Positions 33,894 to 45,451 of a DNA stretch of 64,000 bases are shown here, piece after piece. The notes below the pieces were generated by a model that worked only from the letters and a program-made list of their open reading frames with translations, was not told the DNA's origin and ran no database searches. Every line of letters begins with the position of its first letter. Position 1 is the first letter of the stretch. This stretch comes from Tubiluchus corallicola (lineage: Eukaryota; Animalia; Priapulida): positions 1,178,001 through 1,242,000 of the forward strand of contig JAQGDQ010000021.1 in the NCBI GenBank assembly GCA_030141605.1, read 5' to 3'. A program made the translations under genes and the position numbers.

Positions 33894-36800
33894 TCATAGA
33901 TACCGACTCATCATTTCATTGTACTCCTTCTCCCCATACAAATCCTTGTATATGTGCAGCAGTGTTGATAAACTTTCCTGTAATGTAGGCCGTTCCTTTA
34001 GACCCAATCGACATTTTTCTTTCAGCAATTTCAGTCTTTTTTGAATCACTGCTGTACCAGGGAGATCTCTAAGAAAGCTGTCTAACACCGCGGGAACCTT
34101 CCAGACATCCAGACTCATATGGGCCTGGGAAAGATCCCGAATACAAAACTCATTATCTGGTTCACATTCCTTACTTACAAATGTGTCAAATTCTGGAGCA
34201 GTAAACGATTTGTTCCTATAAAATGAATTCTTCCATTTATCTATTCCCAAGGCATAAATGGAGTCAAGGTTTCCTTGGACCAATCTTAGATCATCTGTGA
34301 TCAAATACTGAGAAAGCAGTTTTGACAACTCATTCGTGTCCGGGAAATAAAACCTATTTGAATACAACAGCAATTGAACAACTAGATAATCAATAGAGAG
34401 ACGAAGTCGAATTTTAGCTTCGTCCTCTTCGGGTAGCTTTAAAAACCGGAATAACTCCTCTATGTTCCTGGCGTCTCCATGCTGCAAGTGCTGCATGACC
34501 AGACTCTGACTGTCATCACAGTATCCGAGCAACTGTAGCAAGCGTGCATCAGGTTGAAACAGTCTGTAGTTCTGAAGCATTTCCGGCCAAAGGTTTGTGA
34601 GAAACATTGGACTTTTCTTTTTTCTAGGAGCTGCTGATATCACAGTGAGCGCATGTCCGTCCCATTCGGCTTCATAGAACTGTAATAAAACAAACGTGAC
34701 TTTTTAAAGTAAGATGATGTTTTCACCAAGGTTTCACAGTATTCATGATTTGCACATTTTTTAAAAGTGCTGTACTACTGACCCTCAGAAGATAAATTAA
34801 CGTATTTAATTTACAATTGACACTAATTTGACTAGCTTTACAAATATCACAGCTAACTGCATGTTTTTTTCCTTTTGGGAACGTTATTATATCATATAAG
34901 CTATGCTTGCAATGTTATTACCCATTAGGAATATACAATTACTAACCCTTTTTTACATATTTAGCTTACTAATTCTCTATTCTTTGCGAAAACATTTATT
35001 TCATTTGTCTTGTAGTGATATTTTAATTGTGATTTTTAATTAAGCTTTGTTTATTGTTCAATGGTACTTTTTATGTACTGAAATAAAAGTAAAATAAATT
35101 ATTACTGGTCAAATAAAGAACAGTAGCATTTGCAACTTCTATCAGACGATTTCTTAAGACGTTATGATAACTCTGAAACTGCTTCTACACTGGTGAACTT
35201 GAGTGAATGAATAACTATCTGAACAAATGAAGGGTGAAAGAATAAAAGAGAAATCTCTCTCTGTGGTGTATTAAATGAGCAGAAATAAACTAATCCAAAA
35301 CTCCGTACCTTCTTTATTATGCCAGCGACGCCCTGGTTATCTTTCAAGACTGGTTTCTTTTCAAGACGTCCTGTCTCATCGCAGCCCAGTAGTTTGTGAC
35401 ACGCTGTCATTCCAGGCAAAGAGAAGAAGCCAGCCAAACACAAGGGCTGGCACTCTGTCACGTTCTTGACGTAGTTCTTTGCACAGCGTTTTCCTATAAA
35501 ATTATTATTAATGATGAAAATTATCATAGGCTAGTAACATGTTTACCATCATTGTTAACATATGCTTTTATAGTCCAGGAGCCCAGGACGCTTAATCATA
35601 CGAAGAGAGGCAAAAGGTTTTACATGCTCATTTAGTAGCTCAAAGATACTACTTCAAAGAACCAGATTGCTGCCGACCTCTGGCCTGAACATTAAAGGGC
35701 TAGGGGGGCCTTATTTATGCCCACAAAAGTCATTTAATTAAACACACATAGACAAAGACCATTTATCATCCATACTGATTCCTAGTAAGCCAAATGACTT
35801 TTGGGGACATAAATAAGGCCCCCATAACCCCTTAATTTTCAGGTCAGAGATCGGCAGCAATCTGGTTCTTTGAAGTAGTATCTTTGAGCTACTAAATGAG
35901 CATGTCAAATCTGTTGCCTCTCTTCGTATGATTAAACGTCCTGGGCTCCTGGTCTGTTATCAACCTGCCATTAATACTGACACACACAGTCACATAATTT
36001 AGCTGTAGCTAATAATTTAGTATTAGCCACAAATGTGCTATTGCTTGTAACCCGTTAATTATTGATTCACAATGAGCAAATGCAAGCTTCCCTTTTGAAA
36101 TGCAGGCTGTTGTGTTATCCTGGCTGAATGTTGTGTTGTCACTTTCGTCTATACTTTCCTGTGTTCCAAAATAAACATCAATGGAATCCATTAAATTTCA
36201 CACGGAAGACAGAAAGTCACATTGCTGCTGCATTGCCACGCCAACACAGTCGCCTGCAGTCCAAAAGACAAACTTTCCTCAAAATTTGCATGTTGGTTAT
36301 TTATGGCAGATAACAGATACCACTTGACATCTGCCCGAAGAATTTTAATCATCGACTGAACCGCTGATTGCTTACCTAAGCCATCTTGATAAGATGAAGT
36401 AGACGTAACTTTGGTTGCAAAAGGACTAATGGTGCACGAAGGTCCAACACAATGGAACTCATCAGAATGTGAAAAGTCCATTGTTACGTCATGTGCCACC
36501 TCTGCAACATTTGACAAAAACAACATATTCACCACAAAGTACATCACAGCACTTATACCAGCTATGTTTGCGTTTATTTAATCTAACGAAACGTCCACCA
36601 TTCACGGTGTAGGCCCCCGGGCATAGTAAGTTCAGCTCCTCGACTTCGCTTTAAGGCCCAGGCAGTAATTTAGCAAGAATTTCAACTGATGCAAACTTTT
36701 CCGTTTGGAGTTTTCGCGAACTGGCCAAGCATGATATCAGACTCGTCCTGGGCCGATCTTACGATAAATTACTAAATTTCTACAGCACGATCTAATCGTC

Positions 36801-37238
36801 GTATATTATTTCGCAATGATTTCGCCATTCGTACATATATAGTTATATATACTATTGTAACGCTGTTATACATATATAAAACAAGTATATTTTACATTCA
36901 AAATGACGCAATAACTCTTATGTCGGCATGTATGGCGGCACCTCAGCTGTTTATAACACAAGTAAAAGGTCAAAGCAATGAAGTTTCCTGACTAGTCACA
37001 ATGGTTTTTCATTAAGTTTTGCAATTAATATACAATGTTAAGCTACAAAGTTATCAGTCATTCAAGATAAACCGATGATAAATTACAATTGCGATAGCAT
37101 GATGGTCAAAAACCGCTAGCATTAATTCCATAAAGATTCCTTAGGTAAATGTGACTTACCCAAAAATAAACAAACAATTATAACACCAGCAACAAAGCAC
37201 AAAAAATAATAAACGTAGGTAAAACCATTGCTGCTCAT
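33894..37238 (-). CDS. Protein O-mannose kinase-like (POMK/SGK196 family) paralog A, type II membrane protein, about 391 aa; DLD motif reads NLD
   Basis: Exons 37238-37160, 36501-36376, 35493-35309, 34679-33894, GT-AG and phase-consistent. N-terminal hydrophobic anchor; CLAGFFSLPGMTACHKLLGC, IIKKFYEAEWDGH, QLLGYCDD, DTNELSKLLSQYLITDD, FTAPE, DVWKVP, ERPT match POMK motifs as recalled. Confidence 0.85.
35571..35956. mobile_element. Foldback/MITE with ~160-bp inverted arms in POMK-like A intron 2
   Basis: Arms 35575-35735 and 35792-35952 are near-perfect reverse complements (e.g. CATGCTCATTTAGTAGCTCAAAGATACTACTTCAAAGAACCAGATTGCTGCCGA); TTA on both flanks. Confidence 0.85.
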
Positions 37239-38814
37239 GGCCACAAACTGCAAAACGAGTGTGTTGAAAGTTAAAACCTAAAATGCAAGGCAACTAGCAG
37301 TTCTAAACTAAGCCATAAATTTGATCATCTATACGTAACTTTTACTTTGCTATAACTCGGGCATCGTTACAGTTCAGGAGTTCGGTTTTGATCAGATCAA
37401 TAAATCAACGAAACTGTGTCACATACAACAGTATTTTTGTCAACTCACTGGTATGACAGCGTAATAATATCTTATAGTTAGCAGAAAAGTAATGCCAGTG
37501 ATAACTGTCAGGACAATTCAACATTAAATAACCTGTCAGTAAGGTAACAACTATCAATAGTGCTGGTATGTAGTGTAAGTGTGCGGCAGATCATTAATTT
37601 TTAAGCCATACTACTTTTACTAAAATTAGCTTGCTTTTTGTGCCAGTTCTGTTGATAACTTATACTATTTTTCGTACCTTGTACAATTTCTTACAGAACT
37701 CATAATAATCTAAAAATTATCAGGTATAATCAGTAATAAGTTATTTTAGGCGTAACTTGTAATAATTTTTGTTTTTGTTTATGTTTTTTTAAGTTTAGGC
37801 AGATATAAAAAAGACGTGTAATAGATTGCTCTGCATTGTAGAACATACAAAGTATGTATGAGCTATAGTAAACTTCACACTTTGGCAAGTTTGTGACGTT
37901 TAAGTTTATCAGAAAATTGTAATGATTTGTTTTACTTACTGACAGCTTCATGCAAATAATTCAAAGTTTTGATATATTTTACCCACAATATAAACAAATT
38001 GTATTTTATGTACCATAAACTACCATACTACCATATTAGCGCAATAACATATTTTGTCATAAAATTGTTGTCACAGTTTAAAAAAATATAGCAATAAACT
38101 TTTTGTACCTATATCTACATCTGACAACATAGTTGACGTTGTACCTTCATTCTTACAATAAAATTCACAGAAAGTTTTGTTTTTTAAAATTATTACTTTC
38201 CATTTTCCACAAACTTGCTACATTCATGTAAAACAATGAACATGATATCGTATATATAGTATTAGGATTTTTGGATGGTAGTGGTGATGACGATGACGAC
38301 AACAACAAAAACAATCATGCTTTTTTGTTATTTTGGATATTGAAAATTTGTCTTACTATTGCGTAAAAGCTGGCATGAATGTACAAACTCAGTGAAAAAG
38401 ATCAATAAATAAAAAATTGTCTTTATTGTAAACATGTTTTCATTCACCATTTATAAAGTCAGTCCACATGAAGATAAAATTACACTTGCGTGCCAGCAGA
38501 AACAAAATTAATACTTGATAAACTAACGGTGTATGGTGTCTTTCACCACAACCACACTTTGCTTCTGAACCCATTCAAATTTAATGTCCATGATTGCGAT
38601 GACGACTACGTTGGCTAGTGACTGAAGATGACGATAATGATCACTAGGATGATAACAGCGACAATGACGACAACGACAATAATGATAATGATCATGCATG
38701 CTGATGCTATTGATGATGACCATCATTAAAGTGATGACGTTAATGATGTTGTTGCTTACATTAAATAATGGTACTAGATATAACAGTAATGATGATATCA
38801 CATGCTGTAGGGCC

Positions 38815-41800
38815 TCACAGATACCGACTGATCATTTCTCTATAGTCCTCCTCCCCATATAAATCTTTGTATATGTGCAGCAGTGTTGTTAAGCTTTCCT
38901 TTAATGTAGGCCGACGTTTCGGATTCAACCGACATTTTTCTTTCAGCAATGTCAGTCTTTCTTTTATCACTTTCGTAGCAGGAATATCCCCAAGAAAGTG
39001 ATTTAATACTGGAGGAATCTTCCAAACGTCCAAACTCATGTGTGTCTGGGAGAGATCCCGAATGCAAGGCTTGTCATCCGGCTTGCACCCTACGTCCGTA
39101 AACATGTCAAACTCCGGAGCAGTAAAAGACTCGTTCCTGAAAAATTTATTGTGCCATGGATCAATTCCTAGAGAATAAATCGAGTCAAGATCACCTAGGA
39201 CCAGTCTAAGGTCATCTGTGATGAAATACTGAGAAAGCAGTTGTCCAAAGTGATTTGTGTCTGGGTAGTAATACCCATTTGAATACAACAACACTTGAAT
39301 GATTAAATAGTCAATGCAGAAGCGAAGTCGTATTTTCGCTTCTTTCTCTTTCGGTAACTCTAGCAACTTGAACGCGTCCTCTATGCTCCTGGCATCTCCA
39401 TACTTTAAGTACTGCATGACCAGACTGCGACTGTCATCACAGTATCCGAGTAATTGTAGCAAGCGTGCATCGGGTTGAAACAGTCTGTAGTTCTGAAGCA
39501 TCTCCGGCCAAAGAAACATTGGACTTTTCGAATCAGTAGGATCAAGCGATGTTACAATGACTATATGTCCATCCCAGCGGGCTTTATAGAACTGCAATAA
39601 AAAATGTAGAAAAAACATTTAAAATTCGGATTTTATGACATCCGAGTAGAAGAAAATTTCAATTTGACGAACAATTGGACGACTCCTATCAGAAAGACTA
39701 CACAACTGTCGAACGATCAGACACATGAATATTTATGAAACCTAATAATGGGTAACAAGAATCTATGCTTTTGTAGAGACGTTACGTTATTGCAAACTTG
39801 AGCAGAAAGGTCTACTATGCCTTCATTTCGAGTAATTGTGACTGACACGTCTCGTCACTAAAAAGTTGTTAAATACGCGTACCTATACGACCCAGAACCC
39901 CTCAGAACCAAGTGCTTCTATTGGCTTTCTACTTAACGTCCAGTTACAACTTTGGACCAGCAATTTTTAATATCTCATGCATCTAACGAGTCAATTTTAG
40001 ATATTTTGTCTTGTATCTAGTTTCTTACATCTTGCACCCAGAATTCTTCGGTTAGGAATTGCATAAGCCCAAAAAGTCCACATGTAGTTTCACATAAGTG
40101 ACATGACGTATGATGAAGCTAAGTTAATGTATGCACTAATGATAGACGCATGCATTACGCACTATCTAGTAACATACGCTAGAAGCGTCTTCAGAAAAAT
40201 GGTTTGTAATATGTCAGCAATTTGCTTGACGATGCATCAGTGGTCAAACGACTGAACAACGTATTTTGCTGCAACTTTGGACCTATTGTTCTAATTGGAT
40301 ATTCAATCACTGCTTCTGCAAAGTATTAATTAAAAATGAAGTGCTATTCCCTTCGTTGGTCCAAGATTTTATCATCAGCTGCAAATTTTTTTGCCTGAAA
40401 TTGTAATTCAGCTGGACTTGAAAAGATCTTGTTCCACTGAATGCACAAACTTTGACACTTTTCCGAAGATATTTATCGGAACTTACAATTGGGTAAAAAA
40501 GTGCATCTCTTTAGTTATTGCTACAATAACAATGACAGCACTTGGGTCGTAAACTCACGATTGATGTTGTACAACTGACCTTGACCTCGAATGCCAGCAA
40601 CTCCGACCCTAATATTGTCAGTTCTGCTGACCCAATGGGCGACTCTACAAATCAGTATCTTGGTAGAATCGTTCATGAAGCCATGTTATAGATGGATGTC
40701 CAATTTCAACGCCATAAACCGTGATCTTATTGTTTTATATGTAGTAAAGTTCATTTATGCAGAAGTTACAAGTGTAATTGCTTTAAGCCATTTCACAGTT
40801 CCAACGATTGATGTGATAATCGTGAAAAGGTCAAAGGTTAAGTGTACCAGACAACGCATTTGTGTTAACTTGGCATCGCCTCGCAGCACCCAGGTATTGT
40901 AATAGTAACAGTTTTAACATGTTTTAACAGCTAGCTAGAACCTTGCCTATTTCATTTTTTCTTGTTTAAAAGCAAGATCCTGCTAGTAAATCAGTCTACG
41001 TGCGAACTAATGCGCAAGTTAAGTTAAGTCCACGTAAAACAACTGAAGTTACTGGACTGATACAGCAGACGAATTTGCTTTACCCACACGTCACGTGACG
41101 GTTGCAGTTAAGACGTGTTCCTTTGGTACATTTAACCTTTGATCTACAGCAAATGCGCGTGCGCACAACGAAACTGTGAAAGGGCTTGTTATGCAAAAAT
41201 GAGTACATGTTCAATAAGTGTTTTTAGTTCCATGTACAATAAGAGAATGAATGACTAAATCACAATGAATGGGGTATAAGAAGGAAAAGAGTATGTGGAA
41301 ATAAGAAACTAGTAAATAGTTAACTGAAACGTGATTAATAAAAATATTGTACCTTTTTGACCACGCCACCCCTGTTTTGAAAGACTGGCTTCTTTACAAG
41401 GTGATCTATCTCATCACAGCCCAGCAGTTTGTGGCAGTTTGTCATTCCAGGCAAAGAAAAGAAGCCAGTCAAACACAATGGCTGGCACTCGGTGACCACG
41501 TCACTGAGAAAATTCTTTGCACAACGTTTTCCTGTAGAAAATTTCAATATCTCTTATAAGACTATAGACCTTATTAAGGCGATATAGGTGATATATAGGT
41601 GATATATAAGACGATATTGCAACATATATATTTTTTTAGCTTTTGGCTGTGCAAATTACAAGTTTATAGTTTTAGTAGTTTTTAAGTTATGACCAAACAA
41701 ACGGCAGCAAAACCCGTTTACATCGCGGTCTTCACCACCATACAAAATAAAACACTGATAAAATTAAAGATAAAGATAAAAAATGGCATTTAAACCTCTG

Positions 41801-43624
41801 GATTAAGCTATCTGGAATTCTCGTATAAAGAAACTGCTCGACGGCCGTTTATGACAGCAATAAATTTTTAGCGTTGAGACTGAATATCTCTTAAAGAAGT
41901 GAGAAACTGTATCAGCTGTTGGACGGAAAACTGTGTCAGCTGTTGGAAAAAATGCCTTCGTGTAGCTTGCAGTGAGAATGGTGGACACATAGAGCACTTG
42001 TTGCAAATTTTAATTAACAGTAGTGACAGACAAACTGTTGAGGATTTTTTTCCATTTTTTGTTTTAAAAATTTTCGTATCTTTAGAAACGTCTACAGGAA
42101 TGATCCAAAATTTTTACTGTTTATACCCGAACGTCTGCGAAAATCATTCTGGTAAGTTTCATGGGGATTTCTTCATATAATGTCGTGATCAAAACTTCTG
42201 TATATTTTTTTTTTGCGCTACCTGACACAGTTATGTTAAATTTGCTCACTCCATTAATTAAGTGTTTAATATCGAAAAATTGCAAATATGTACAAGTCTT
42301 CTTTTAACAGTCTAATTGTAGTATCTCAAACAAGTCTGTTTCGTTAGACTTTAGATCTATAATCTGTATATTCTAATAATGAAAACAACATAGCACTGGT
42401 TGTCATTTTGGCTTACTTAAATAATTTTAGTTAAATAAGTACGTCATAAAATGTAGAAAATATTTATTCAAATCTCATTTAGAAAGCGATTCTCTTCGTC
42501 CAAGTTACCTGGATAAGCTGTAACTGTTGAATTGGTGACTTCAGCAACAGATCTGTGTTTCTCAGCTTTGGAAATGTTCTGTACGTTAGCCATCTCTGCT
42601 ATAAGCAAACAAATCGCAAATGTACAAGTTTTCAAAAAAAACCGCTGCTTATTATTTTGGGACTTTTGACTGGTTACTGAAATAGAACCAAATTTTCATT
42701 GGCCAAATTTGTCCAGTCGCCCTTGGAGTGCTGGTGGGACGGTTGGGAAACACGGTGAAATAGTGATCAAATACATTTGCGCGTTTTTACCATGTAACCA
42801 GAAGATCCCTGATTCAAATCCAAGCTGTATGCCTACTCTTTCACAATTCCCTGTTTTTCAAGTATGGTATCGAAATATAATTAAATGTGGGTTTGTAGCA
42901 TTACTACTTGGGTATAATTTATGAAGAATAAAGTTATAACTTTCCTAGACATATAAAGCAGAGTGAAAACAACATCATGGATTATTGGTTAAGGTCGCCA
43001 ATGTAAAATGTAGTCACTCCTTTTCCATTTTTAGATCAACGTGTATTCATCAGAATATTTACAATTCCACACACAATTTTAATACCCTAACCCTAACTCT
43101 AGCCCAACCGAAATCCAACCCTTAACCCTATCCCTTAGCCAACCCCAACCCTAACACTAACCCTAATCCTAATCGTAACCTTAATTCTGATCGGCTTCAC
43201 GAACTAATTTCTTGTTTGTGATGAATTGTAAACTTTAGCCGAATATTATTGTGTATACGCCAGCGACCTGAAGTTTCATTACTATATTTCTGAAATCACG
43301 ATCTATATTGTGATGACGCAATGTGGAAATAAATAAATTCCTGCACTCTAATTTTTAGGATCAGTGAAAGGTAGGCTTTCATTTGAAAGATTGCCTTAGA
43401 CGATATTAACTACACAGACTTTTATACTCAACAAATATAAGCTTTTTACTATACCTATAATTAAAATGCACTTGCTGCACACTCGGTATTGAAATTTCTA
43501 AAATAAATATACATAATATCTCACCATAAAGTAAACTAATAAGCAAAAAACCCACAACAAGACACAGAAGATAATGTATGTGGGTAAGACAGCTACAGCT
43601 CATAGCCGAAACACGCAAAGTCAT
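38815..43624 (-). CDS. Protein O-mannose kinase-like (POMK/SGK196 family) paralog B, type II membrane protein, about 380 aa; DLD motif intact
   Basis: Exons 43624-43525, 42595-42509, 41531-41353, 39591-38815; same four-exon structure and phases as paralog A. GGVVKKFYKARWDGH, QLLGYCDD, YPDTN...LLSQY, GDLD, FTAPE, DVWKIP, RRPT. Confidence 0.87.
40787..41185. mobile_element. PIF/Harbinger-type MITE, second copy of the 30242-30648 family
   Basis: Termini GCCATTTCACAGTT...AACTGTGAAAGGGC; shared internal AAAGGTTAA and CATTTAACCTTTGA blocks. Confidence 0.65.
41600..42228 (+). mobile_element. Internally deleted Tc1/mariner transposon relic
   Basis: ORF fragment 41899-42004 ends ACSENGGHIEHLL, resembling the C-terminal CxxxxGGHFEHLL of Tc1/mariner transposases; boundaries approximate. 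Confidence 0.55.
43058..43240. mobile_element. Second copy of the telomere-core MITE, left end truncated, (CCCTAA)-like array expanded
   Basis: TTTACAATTCCACACACAA ... ~16 degenerate CCCTAA units ... GCTTCACGAACTAATTTCTTGTTTGTGATGAATTGTAAACTTTAGCC; GAATATT on both sides. Confidence 0.7.
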
Positions 43625-45451
43625 GTTTTATGGTATAAAATCAAAACACGAAAATCATATCACAATTGCATATCATAATGGGGCACATACCTCTTACTTT
43701 TGTTAACTCGGACATCGTTACGGTTCAGGTGGTTTAATATTTCGTGCAGTGGTGACGAAACTATGTCACATGGATGTCTACTTACTGAAATCGTATCATA
43801 CTCACTGCTTAGTAATAAACTGGCACAAGGTAGCAGCAATACGGGGGCAATAATAGTAGTCCCTGTTATGTAATTATGATGCTTCACAGCTCAGAATTTC
43901 TCTCCCAATGAAAAAGTAATGGAACCGGCTGGCCGCTTCGGCTTTGGCTAGTACGTAATTTAATCGTGCCTAAAAGCTAACGCTGAAGCCGGTTTTTTGT
44001 ACTTTTTACCATTGCTGCTAATCCGCTGGACTTTTGATTACCTGTTTGGTTGTTTAGTTGCCCAGGCAAGTTGCTTGTTCGTTTCCTGGATTCCTCATCT
44101 GCCTACCTATTTCATATTATCTGTGTTTTTGTGTTTGCTTGTTTTTTGTTGTGTGATTGGTTTGTTGATTTATTGCTAATGGTCCACTGACTGGTTGGTC
44201 AATCGGTCATTGATTGGTCGGTCAACAGGTCATTTAATTGAATGTTCAATAGTTGAGCGACTGGCTTATTAATTGACCTTGTTTAAGCTTTCTCTCTTGC
44301 CTGCACATTTGTTTGTGAGTTTGTCTGTCTGTCTGTCTGTTTGTTTGTTTGTTTGTTTACTTTCTTAATTATTTGTTTGCTCATCAACAATTATGGTGCT
44401 GTAAACACTGATAAAAATTTTACACGCAAATACTTTTCTTTAGCTCGAAGAGAAGTTCATATAGCTAAGTCATTAAAAATTGGATTGTCAGGTAGTAAGG
44501 CGCCAAAACTTTAATAAGCTGGTTACATAATCCAATCATATTTGAGACTCATTCATTTAGCAATGTTAAAAGTCTCTGTAACTTAAAACTACAATTTATT
44601 GTTCCTCTTCTCAATAGGTGTAAGCCGTATGAAACATACAGTGCGACCATGAACTAAAAATACCTAGAGCGTATCGATCCGCCGCAACACACCTATAATG
44701 AGTTTTCAGGTACATAACATAAACCTGCTTACCAAGCCTGTTTTTTCTACAAATTTCACTGAGGTATCTCGGATATGCGGCGCAACAAACATTGTAAATT
44801 ACGCTTTTTTACAACTTTTGCCAAACTGCGAAATAGAAGAGTATGAGTATGAAATAAGATGAGCGAGTCCTCGAGCACATCATTTCCAAATCAGGTGAGT
44901 CATTTCGACAAAATAAGGTAGATCCAATTTGCGTTACTTTCGACTTGGTATTTCAGTAGACCTAGTCATTGGCAGTATTTTGATATTAGTGACTTTAGTA
45001 ATGCAGTAGACATAATTATAATGGCAGCATTTAAAGCCTAATTATAGTTCGTTATCAGGGGCCATTTTAGATACAGTAACTGTCATAATTATTAATGTGT
45101 TTAGTTTTAGTAAAAAGTATCACAAAGATTTCGAACGGCTATATGTACATAAATTGGGAATAAAAACCAGTTTGCAACTTCTGTTTACAGCTGTATAATG
45201 CAACGCATTTGGATCATTTTTCTAAAAGTTTAAGTCACAAAAAATACTTGGTTTGTCTGCAAATGTTTGAAATGAAATCATTTACAAATACAAATACTAT
45301 CTTGTCTATTAGTGTAACTGTAACAAAAATGTAGGATAAAAGTTTTCAGCATTATAAGCTTATCTAATAAACTAGTATTACGTTAACTGTTACATACGTG
45401 TTTGTTATATTCTTACAGGTGTAAAATCTCCTTCTTTACTACAAAGGTGCC

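Noticed and set aside
33712-33897. ORFs directly after the POMK-like stops (also 38523-38801)
   Set aside because: Arise from (GAT/ATC)n-rich 3'UTR sequence.
40180-40730. Possible decayed retroelement coding fragment
   Set aside because: Less AT-rich than its surroundings, but I could not identify an RT, endonuclease or integrase motif.
43084-43185. True telomere or chromosome fusion site
   Set aside because: Short, degenerate, single-orientation array enclosed in a repeated element.
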